Source of the DNA: a candidate division WWE3 bacterium RIFOXYB1_FULL_43_24
GTDB taxonomy: Bacteria > Patescibacteriota > WWE3 > UBA101185 > UBA10185
NCBI GenBank assembly: GCA_001773135.1
Contig: MEVX01000006.1
Coordinates: 26,515 to 90,514, forward strand
DNA length: 64,000 bases
Reading direction: 5' to 3'
Shown here piece by piece: positions 56,891 to 64,000 of this stretch. The number at the start of each line of letters is the position of its first letter. Position 1 is the first letter of the stretch. Below the pieces are notes generated by a model. The model was not told where the DNA came from. It was given only the letters and a program-made list of their open reading frames with translations, and made no database searches. Made by a program: the position numbers and the translations under genes.

Positions 56891-58279
56891 TCACATTTTT
56901 CTTTTAATCTTGAATTTCCCGTCCGGGAGGTCCTCTATTTCATACCCCATCTCTGCAATCTGTTTTCTTGCCACGTCTGCCTTATCCCAAATTCCCGCTT
57001 TCCTGTATTCTGACCTCATTTTTGCCACATCGAGCACTTTCTGGGGTGTGTCATACGCCAGGTGCTCTTCGATCTTCAAACCAAGCACCGAGTCCATTTT
57101 CAGCAAGGTAGTCAGCTTTTCAGGCTCCTCCAACTCGGACTTTAACATCTCCCAAACTACCGCGAGTGCTTCAGGCATATTCAAATCATCGTTTATTTTT
57201 TCACCGAATTTCTTAATATAGTCTTTAGAGGGCTTGATTGCATCTTCCTTCTTGTAACCGCGTGCAAGCTCGTAAAGTCTCCTCAGAGCATTTTGGGCAC
57301 TTTGCAGAGCATCCCAGGTGAAATTCAGCTTGCTTCTATAGTGAGACGACATAAAGAAATATCTCAAAACCATAGGGTCAAAACCTTTTTTCTCAAGGTC
57401 GGCCAGGGTGTACGCATTACCCAAACTCTTCCCCATTCTACCGCCGTCTATCATCATGTGTGCTCCGTGAACCCAATACCTGACGAATTTCTTTCCGGTT
57501 GCAGACTCACTTTGAGCAATTTCGTTTTGGTGGTGTGTCATTCTCAAATCTTCCCCACCGACGTGAATATCTAAAGTATTCCCCAACTCAGCTAATGACA
57601 TTGCAGAACACTCCAAATGCCATCCGGGAAATCCTATTCCCCAAGGTGACGGCCACTCTTGAGAACGCTTAACGTCAATTGGTGAAAATTTCCAAAGCGC
57701 AAAATCAGTGGGGTGTTTTTTTTCAGGGTTGATCTCGACACGGGCACCCTCCATCACATTATCCGTCGTGTAACCAGAAAGTTGACCGTAACTTTCGAAC
57801 TTCGACGTGTCGAAATATACTCCGTCTGACGTCGTATATGTAAAACCCTTATCTTCAAGGATTTTAACCAAACGAATCTGCTCGTCAATATACTCAGTTG
57901 CGCGGGTAAACTTTTCGGGACGAATAAAGTTCATTTTGTCATAGTCTTGTACAAACTTATGGGCGTAAAAGTCAGCGATTTCTAACGCAGTACGCCCTTC
58001 CCTGGAAACAGTTTTCTCCATCCGATCCTCGCCGATATCCGCGTCGCCTAAATTGTCACCCGTCATATGACCTACGTCAGTTAGATTCATTACAAATTTA
58101 ACCCGGTTGTCGTTAAATAACAGAACCCTGTGTATAAAATCGGAAAGTGTATATGTCCTAAAATTACCTATGTGTGCATAGTCGTAAATGGTGGGGCCAC
58201 ATGTATACATGGTTACCATCTCGGTATTTAGAGGGCTGAAATCTTCAACTTTTCTGGTAAGTGAGTTGTATAACTTCAT
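56891..58279 (-). CDS. cysS: Cysteinyl-tRNA synthetase
   Basis: YTCGPT, HIGN, DFALWK, GFPGWHLECSAM, RMGKS. Confidence 0.96.
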   Translation of the reverse strand: MKLYNSLTRKVEDFSPLNTEMVTMYTCGPTIYDYAHIGNFRTYTLSDFIHRVLLFNDNRVKFVMNLTDVGHMTGDNLGDADIGEDRMEKTVSREGRTALEIADFYAHKFVQDYDKMNFIRPEKFTRATEYIDEQIRLVKILEDKGFTYTTSDGVYFDTSKFESYGQLSGYTTDNVMEGARVEINPEKKHPTDFALWKFSPIDVKRSQEWPSPWGIGFPGWHLECSAMSLAELGNTLDIHVGGEDLRMTHHQNEIAQSESATGKKFVRYWVHGAHMMIDGGRMGKSLGNAYTLADLEKKGFDPMVLRYFFMSSHYRSKLNFTWDALQSAQNALRRLYELARGYKKEDAIKPSKDYIKKFGEKINDDLNMPEALAVVWEMLKSELEEPEKLTTLLKMDSVLGLKIEEHLAYDTPQKVLDVAKMRSEYRKAGIWDKADVARKQIAEMGYEIEDLPDGKFKIKRKM

Positions 58280-58342
58280 TGTTTCGATTTTAGCACAACG
58301 AAGAAGAAAAGGAATATTTTGACAAACGAGGGGCGGGGCAGA

Positions 58343-58990
58343 TTATTTAATTTCAAAGCGTCCTTCAAGGGCTCTACCTAAAGTGATGTCGTCCGCGTAC
58401 TCCACATCCCCCCCGACAGGAAGGCCTCTTGCTATACGGCTTATTTTTATCTTGTCTCCGTCCAGATTACGTTCCTTCAGCATCTTAGAAATATACATAG
58501 CCGTGGACTCCCCCTCCATACTCATGTTAGTCGCTATAATAATTTCGACAATTTCCGGATGATCTACATTTTCAAAAGATACCTCCCCGGCTAAATCCTC
58601 CACCCTATCTATAAGTTCTTTAATAAAAATCTCCTCCGGCCCAATGTTATTTAGAGGATCTATGATACCGTGCAAAACGTGGTAAGTTCCTTTGAAACCC
58701 GTTCTTTCCAGTGCGAAAGAGTCCAAGGGGTTTGCTACAACAACTATCATTCTTTTGTCTCTCGAAGGATCTCCGCATACCGAGCAAATGTCAGTTTCCG
58801 ACACATTTTTGCATATAGAGCAGAGTCGGGTTTTTTTCTTAAGATTACTGAGAGCTTCTGCAAAAAGCTCAATGTCTTCTTGTGGAAAATGCAGAAGGTA
58901 GAATGTCAGTCTTTGGGCAGTTTTGGGACCGATCCCGGGCAATCTTTCGAAAGATTCTATTAATCTGGTTAAAGATGGGGGTAATTTCAC
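58343..58990 (-). CDS. recR: Recombination mediator RecR
   Basis: LPGIGPKTAQRL, C4 Zn finger, YHVLHG, EGESTA, GLPVGGDVEYAD. Confidence 0.96.
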   Translation of the reverse strand: MKLPPSLTRLIESFERLPGIGPKTAQRLTFYLLHFPQEDIELFAEALSNLKKKTRLCSICKNVSETDICSVCGDPSRDKRMIVVVANPLDSFALERTGFKGTYHVLHGIIDPLNNIGPEEIFIKELIDRVEDLAGEVSFENVDHPEIVEIIIATNMSMEGESTAMYISKMLKERNLDGDKIKISRIARGLPVGGDVEYADDITLGRALEGRFEIK

Positions 58991-59002
58991 TTGATCATTC
59001 TA

Positions 59003-60643
59003 TCAAATTAATGGAAGTCCGCCGTCGAATGCTTCAATCACTGAGTCTTTATTAAAAACTACCTGAGCAGGTGCTATGTTAAGGTCTGTCAAATTTCCCG
59101 ACTCGCCGCTTTTCAACTTCTTCGGCTTCTCTTTGCTCAGAATACATTTTATAGAAAGTTGGGTTTCATAAATCTCCGACATCAGTTTTTCTACGAGCTT
59201 TCTATTTTGGGGTGATTCTAGTCGTTCCTTATGAAAGGGATAAAATACTTCGAGTATGACAAACTTACCTTCCACACTTACGGGGGTGCCGGATTTCAAA
59301 AGTGCGGTCAGCGAGTGATTTAATTCCCTGCTTCTTTTTATAAATTCTTTCCATTTTTCTTCTAAAGCTTCTAAAGTTATTAAGGCAACCTTTTTGTCTT
59401 CGACATCGCTCTTTTTGCTCTTCTTCCTCTCAGCTTCTTCGGAAGCATCGCCCGCCCCCTCGCCCCCATCCTCATCTTCCTCTTTTTCATCTTTTGTCAC
59501 TTTTTTACCTACTGAAAAGTTGGGTTTCGGGTACTCAGGAGCTCCCATTACCCCCATACCGCCCCCCTCCGAAAGTAACTCCTCTCCTCCTCCGATTTTA
59601 GCCAGAGCTATCTCAACCGGAAGCTGAGGAATGAAAGATGTCTTAATATTTTTGTGCTCTTCGAGAATAGAGTTCATTGAGTTAAGTATCCAACTTAATG
59701 ACAAACGCGACGCTTGTTTTTCCATTTCCACCAAAAGTTCGGAAGTTGCTCCCGATACTTCTTCTTTCACTCCGGATTTTATAAACAGAAGCTCCCTCAA
59801 ATATCTGAGATATTCTCCCGTCCAAACATACAGGTCTAAACCTTCTTCATATACCTTTGAAACAATTCTTATTGCCGAACCCGGATTTCCGCTCATCAGA
59901 TAGTCGGTTAGCTCTATGTATATTTCTTTAGAACCCATGCCGACCAGGGAGTCAACGCTAATTTCTCCGTCCGAAACCTGCTGTAACAAAGTCTCGGCAT
60001 CCCTGAAACCTCCCATGGAGGCAAGTGCGATCTTCTCCAGATCTTTTTCGGATATTTTTATTTTTTCGCTTTTGGTGATTTCCTTAAGTTTTTCTAATAG
60101 CTGGGGCATCGTAGCTCTTTTAAATCTGTAGACCTGGCATCTGGATTTAATAGTGTCGGGCACTTTATGAAGCTCGGTGGTACAAAGTATAAAAGTGGTC
60201 TTTTTTGGCGGTTCTTCGAGAGTTTTCAACAATGCATTAAAAGCCTCATTCGTAAGCATGTGGACTTCGTCGATTATATAGACCTTGTTCTTGCCCATCG
60301 TCGGTGCCAGCTTTATTTTGTCTTTTATTTCCCTTATGTCGTCAATTCCCCTGTTGCTCGCGGCGTCAATCTCTATCATATCAACAAAAGAACCTTCTTT
60401 AATAGCCACACAGGAAGAACATTTACAGCATGGGTCTCCTTTTGCAGTAACATCGGCACAGTTCATGGCCTTGGCCAAAATCCTGGCTAAAGTTGTTTTT
60501 CCGGTACCACGCGGACCCACAAAAAGGTAGGCGTGGGATGTTTTACCGCTCACTACCTGTTTGGACAGCGCGTCTGCAGCATCGTTCGGTCTGCAAACAT
60601 CGCTGAATTTTTGAGGGCGGTACTTGGTGTAAAACATAAACAT
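59003..60643 (-). CDS. dnaX: DNA polymerase III gamma/tau subunit
   Basis: KYRPQKF, GPRGTGKT, EIDAASNRG, IIDEVHML, TIKSRC. Confidence 0.96.
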   Translation of the reverse strand: MFMFYTKYRPQKFSDVCRPNDAADALSKQVVSGKTSHAYLFVGPRGTGKTTLARILAKAMNCADVTAKGDPCCKCSSCVAIKEGSFVDMIEIDAASNRGIDDIREIKDKIKLAPTMGKNKVYIIDEVHMLTNEAFNALLKTLEEPPKKTTFILCTTELHKVPDTIKSRCQVYRFKRATMPQLLEKLKEITKSEKIKISEKDLEKIALASMGGFRDAETLLQQVSDGEISVDSLVGMGSKEIYIELTDYLMSGNPGSAIRIVSKVYEEGLDLYVWTGEYLRYLRELLFIKSGVKEEVSGATSELLVEMEKQASRLSLSWILNSMNSILEEHKNIKTSFIPQLPVEIALAKIGGGEELLSEGGGMGVMGAPEYPKPNFSVGKKVTKDEKEEDEDGGEGAGDASEEAERKKSKKSDVEDKKVALITLEALEEKWKEFIKRSRELNHSLTALLKSGTPVSVEGKFVILEVFYPFHKERLESPQNRKLVEKLMSEIYETQLSIKCILSKEKPKKLKSGESGNLTDLNIAPAQVVFNKDSVIEAFDGGLPLI

Positions 60644-60827
60644 AATAACTGTATTACAACACCCCCATCGGATACAACCAACCTGTGTTGGTACAACTCG
60701 TTAAGTACTCATATTTCCCGTAATATTATTATCTTAAGGACGACTTTTCGTTGTAACGGCGCTAATTATATTTATCCGAAAACGTATTCAAAAAATGCAG
60801 TAGGGGTAAGGAAAATGGAGTTTCGTA

Positions 60828-61337
60828 TCAGACAAAATTCCCAAAAAGTGCTAAGCTCATTTTTTTAATTTCTCCCAGTTCCTCTGAAGAAAAATCATTT
60901 AAAACAAAGTCGTCTACGGGCACTCCCGACCCGGCAAAAGGCCTGCCTACGCCTATCCGGATTCGTTTAAAATCTTTGGACCCGAGAGAATCCATTATGC
61001 TCATAACACCTTTGTGGCCCGCGTGTCCTGCCCCGACCTGTTCTTTTTTCTGACCGAACAACAAGTCGACATCGTCGTGCACCACACATATATCGCCTAA
61101 TTCGACACCGAAATACTCTTTTACCAGGCTCACCGCTTCTCCGGACTTGTTCATGAAAGTTGCGGGTTTAACAAAAAGGAAGTCTCCCGTTTTACAAATA
61201 TCCGATTTTAATTTAGGGGATTTTTCCCAGGATAGTCCTTTATCGGCAACAATCTCGTCCAGAATTATAAATCCTGTATTATGGCGGGTTTTTGAATACT
61301 TTTTATCGGGGTTACCCAAACCCACTATCATTTTCAT
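60828..61337 (-). CDS. pth: Peptidyl-tRNA hydrolase
   Basis: VGLGNP, TRHNTG, KPATFMNKSG, VHDD, GHKG, RIRIGVGRP. Confidence 0.96.
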   Translation of the reverse strand: MKMIVGLGNPDKKYSKTRHNTGFIILDEIVADKGLSWEKSPKLKSDICKTGDFLFVKPATFMNKSGEAVSLVKEYFGVELGDICVVHDDVDLLFGQKKEQVGAGHAGHKGVMSIMDSLGSKDFKRIRIGVGRPFAGSGVPVDDFVLNDFSSEELGEIKKMSLALFGNFV

Positions 61338-61690
61338 AGCTCGGTGTCCTTTTTTACAGGCTTACCATGTACAGAGTGCCCGTCATCGTCGTGATGGTGC
61401 ACCCCCAATAAATGGAGAACACCGTGAGCTACGAGCTCCGCTATCTCTGTCTCAACGTCGTTCCCGTAGTTGGCGGCCTGTCTTAAAGCCTGTTCCTTAT
61501 TTACTACCACATCGCCGAGATAGTAGGCTCCGTCTTCTTGTTTCTCATTTATTGAAAAGGACAGGACGTCGGTAGTGGTATCCCTATCCAAGTACTCTTT
61601 ATTAAGTTCCTGAACTGCCTTATCTCCTGTAATGGTAACGGAAATGACAATGTCATCCATTTTTAATTGCTTGGGTAGATTATTTTTCAT
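61334..61690 (-). CDS. ybeY: rRNA maturation endoribonuclease YbeY
   Basis: TDVLSF, LGDVV, HGVLHLLGVHH. Confidence 0.93.
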   Translation of the reverse strand: MKNNLPKQLKMDDIVISVTITGDKAVQELNKEYLDRDTTTDVLSFSINEKQEDGAYYLGDVVVNKEQALRQAANYGNDVETEIAELVAHGVLHLLGVHHHDDDGHSVHGKPVKKDTEL

Positions 61691-62026
61691 CTACTTCTGG
61701 TACTGAGGAGGAATTTTACCCGGCTGTTCGAGCTCAAAAGGAAACATTTTGGCGAGTTCTTCATATACAGCCAGTTCTTTCTGCTCTTTTTCTACAAGAT
61801 CCATTCTTCCGCCTTTTTCAAACAGCTCCGCAGCTTCTTTTCTATTTTTAATCTGTTTTCTGATAACCTTGAAAACGTCCTCGTCGGTCAAAGGCTTTTG
61901 CTGCGCTCTTAGTTCTATCTCCTTGTTCTGAACCTGAGAAATGAAATATCTCAACACACCGAGCTTAAAACTATCGCCGGACTTTTGCAGCTCGAAAACC
62001 ATGCTTTTTAGACTATCGTAGATCAT
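61691..62026 (-). CDS. GatB/YqeY domain protein (short)
   Basis: KQIKNRKEAAELFEKGGRMDLVEKEQKE; follows rpsU. Confidence 0.88.
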   Translation of the reverse strand: MIYDSLKSMVFELQKSGDSFKLGVLRYFISQVQNKEIELRAQQKPLTDEDVFKVIRKQIKNRKEAAELFEKGGRMDLVEKEQKELAVYEELAKMFPFELEQPGKIPPQYQK

Positions 62027-62214
62027 CCTCTAAGTTTCTCAAATTTAAATTTTCTTTCAAGTTCCTTGGATTTCTGTCTCTTAAGCTCACTGGGTTTTCT
62101 GTAGTGAGACCTGTCTTTTACTTCGTCAAGGATACCGGATCTTTGTACTTCTCTATTGAACCTTCTTAAGGCTTGCTCCAAAGATTCACCGTTCCTTATT
62201 TTTATTTTTGTCAT
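62023..62214 (-). CDS. rpsU: 30S ribosomal protein S21
   Basis: GESLEQALRRFNREV...HYRKPS. Confidence 0.94.
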   Translation of the reverse strand: MTKIKIRNGESLEQALRRFNREVQRSGILDEVKDRSHYRKPSELKRQKSKELERKFKFEKLRG

Positions 62215-62521
62215 TGTAATGAGCAGTTATAATCAATTAGTGCTAATTAATGTAGACTGCTAGTCAGTAGACACCTCCAAACGCTTTATATTAAATAAAA
62301 ACCTACTTCTGTACTTATGCACAATTCTGGCATGTTGCTTTCTCTTTTGTTAACCGTTTAGCAAAGAGATCGCGCGAAGCTGTACGATTCTACCAGATAC
62401 TTACGACAGTTTCTAGTATATTACCTATGTCAAATTTTTACTATTAGGATGTACCTGAGAAACGTCTAGAATACAACTTAAAAGACGGGGCTTCTAACTC
62501 TTGTAGCTATAATGATAATTA

Positions 62522-63667
62522 CTACCTAGTTACATCCCGGATTGTAATAAGTATCAAAAAAGCCAGCAGAAAAAACATTCCGAGTCTGTGAAAAGCTGCT
62601 TCCATTTTAGGATTCGGCTTCTTGCGGGTTACTCCCTCAAAGAGCACAAAAACTACCCTACCGCCGTCCAACGCCGGAAAAGGCAGTATGTTTACAATTG
62701 CTAAACTTAATGACATGAGCGCGGTGTAATCGAGCAAAGTCAACCATGCGTTAGGGCCGCCGTATTTCAAAACCATATCGACCAGATTATAAATTCCCAC
62801 CGGTCCGGACACACTTTCGGAAACAGGAGAGATGTCTTTTGTTTTAAACGAAACTGAGATCATCTGACCTAAAGTGTTCAGAGAGTACCCCATCACGTTG
62901 TATGAGTGGTAGAAACCCACAAAAACCCTATCAAGAGGCTTTTTATACGAAATAGATACGGACTCCCCCAAATAAACACCTATGATAGGTTTTCCACTTT
63001 CGTCTTTTGTGGGGGAAATCTGAACATCCCGAATTTTTGTGTAACTTGTATCTTTTAAATCCGTCAGGGTAAGCTGCACCGGCTCCCCTCCGTATTCGCC
63101 TAACACATCCTTAAATTGCTTGATATCAGTAACGCCTTTTCCGTTTACCGCAATTATTGCTTCACCTAAGGTTAGCCCCGCTTTTTCAGCAGACGACCCG
63201 GGTTGAATGCCTGAAATAACTGTTCCGATTTTTGTGGTCTCCCCAAACTTAAAATCATAATCAAAAATCAAAGGCATTTGGAAAGTTTTAAAACCATTCA
63301 CAAACATGAAGAAATAAAAAATAGTGACAGCTAGAACTACATTCATAAAAACCCCTGCGGTCAGTATTATTCCGCGCTGTAGTGGTGTTTTCGCTGCGAA
63401 GCTTTTAGGATCCTGCTTACCATTTTTTCCCTTGGCATCGGCACCTTCTCCTGAATCTTCACCCGTAAGTTTCACAAAACCTCCGAAAGGCAGCAGATTT
63501 ATAGAATAAACTGTCTCCCCAAACTTCTTCCCTACTATCCGTGGGGGAAGCCCCCACCCAAACTCCTCTACTCTGACACCGCAGGCTTTTGCGGCCACAA
63601 AATGCCCTAATTCATGGATTAAGACCAATACCGAGAGTATTAATAAAAAGATTATTAGCGTTGTCAC
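62522..63667 (-). CDS. rseP: RIP metalloprotease RseP (M50) with PDZ
   Basis: HELGH, LPFGGFV, GPVGI, NILPFPALDGG. Confidence 0.95.
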   Translation of the reverse strand: MTTLIIFLLILSVLVLIHELGHFVAAKACGVRVEEFGWGLPPRIVGKKFGETVYSINLLPFGGFVKLTGEDSGEGADAKGKNGKQDPKSFAAKTPLQRGIILTAGVFMNVVLAVTIFYFFMFVNGFKTFQMPLIFDYDFKFGETTKIGTVISGIQPGSSAEKAGLTLGEAIIAVNGKGVTDIKQFKDVLGEYGGEPVQLTLTDLKDTSYTKIRDVQISPTKDESGKPIIGVYLGESVSISYKKPLDRVFVGFYHSYNVMGYSLNTLGQMISVSFKTKDISPVSESVSGPVGIYNLVDMVLKYGGPNAWLTLLDYTALMSLSLAIVNILPFPALDGGRVVFVLFEGVTRKKPNPKMEAAFHRLGMFFLLAFLILITIRDVTR

Positions 63668-63685
63668 GATAAATAATTCAAAACC

Positions 63686-64000
63686 TTAAACTGATAAAAT
63701 TTCGGACCTTTTTGTTTCACTTATTTCTTCCACACCATCTATAAACTCCCTGACTATCTTTTCCGTTTCTTCTTTGAGACGGAATTTTTCGTCTTCTCCG
63801 ATACTTTTATCGGAAAACATCTTTTCGATATCCTTCATAGCTTCCTGTCTTATATTGCGTATTGCGTTTTTACTTTCCTCCGCCTTGACCCCCACCATCT
63901 TTGCTAACTCCTTGCGCCTTTCCTCTGTAAGAGAAGGTACGGGCACTCTTATCCTATCACTTTCCTCGATTGGGGTAAGGCTCGCCTGATTTTCTCTGAT
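63686..64000 (-). CDS. frr: Ribosome recycling factor, C-terminal part (5' truncated by window)
   Basis: RVPVPSLTEERRKEL...AIRNIRQ; frame open to the window edge. Confidence 0.93.
   Translation of the reverse strand: MRENQASLTPIEESDRIRVPVPSLTEERRKELAKMVGVKAEESKNAIRNIRQEAMKDIEKMFSDKSIGEDEKFRLKEETEKIVREFIDGVEEISETKRSEILSV

Noticed and set aside
59500-59507. AAAAAAG in dnaX as a programmed -1 frameshift site
   Set aside because: Phase is GGT AAA AAA GTG, not the A AAA AAG required as in E. coli
60644-60827. SRP RNA (ffs) upstream of dnaX
   Set aside because: No conserved SRP domain IV motif (CAGG...GGAA...AGCAG) visible on either strand
25-63989. Numerous 60-180 aa antisense ORFs in the track
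   Set aside because: They lie opposite well-supported genes and have no motifs or expression signals
1-64000. Alternative genetic code 25 (UGA=Gly)
   Set aside because: Conserved genes are full length in code 11, and TGA serves as stop (e.g. rnhB, rpsF, cysS)

Overview
Core chromosomal DNA of a reduced-genome bacterium, most likely Patescibacteria/CPR (Microgenomates/WWE3-like). The taxonomy is inferred from gene content, shortened YebC and RF1, and the absence of rimM and a secretin. Genetic code 11. Bases 1.7-20.3 kb hold a large type IV pilus locus: pilMNO, nine pilin-like genes, pilD, pilC, pilT, pilB, a Cys-rich secreted protein, and an embedded GAF histidine kinase/receiver pair. Next come holB, gyrB, a small ORF, hppA, gyrA, rnhB, a guaB/guaC-family gene and a single Xer-family recombinase. 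An ~850-bp non-coding region at 31.4-32.3 kb contains a near-palindromic 11-6-11 dif-like site, an AT-rich tract, one perfect DnaA box and a set of TATGACAA-type repeats. Housekeeping genes on both sides point toward this region. The right half is mostly minus-strand housekeeping genes: ruvC, yebC, rluD, lspA, efp, tRNA-Leu, dnaB, htrA, ctpA, rpsF-ssb-rpsR, ychF, cysS, recR, dnaX, pth, ybeY, rpsU, rseP, frr (rpmE and prfA are on the plus strand). It also has an orphan VirB4/VirD4-like ATPase, an Lgt-like/DksA fusion and an uncharacterised GlmL-like gene pair. The best leads are (1) the xer-adjacent dif/ori-like locus, (2) two secreted proteins sharing a C-terminal domain, possibly modular pilus tip adhesins matched by two PilX-like pilins, and (3) widespread leaderless promoter architecture. 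No CRISPR array, rRNA or IS element was seen. All calls come from motif recognition by eye; no searches were run.
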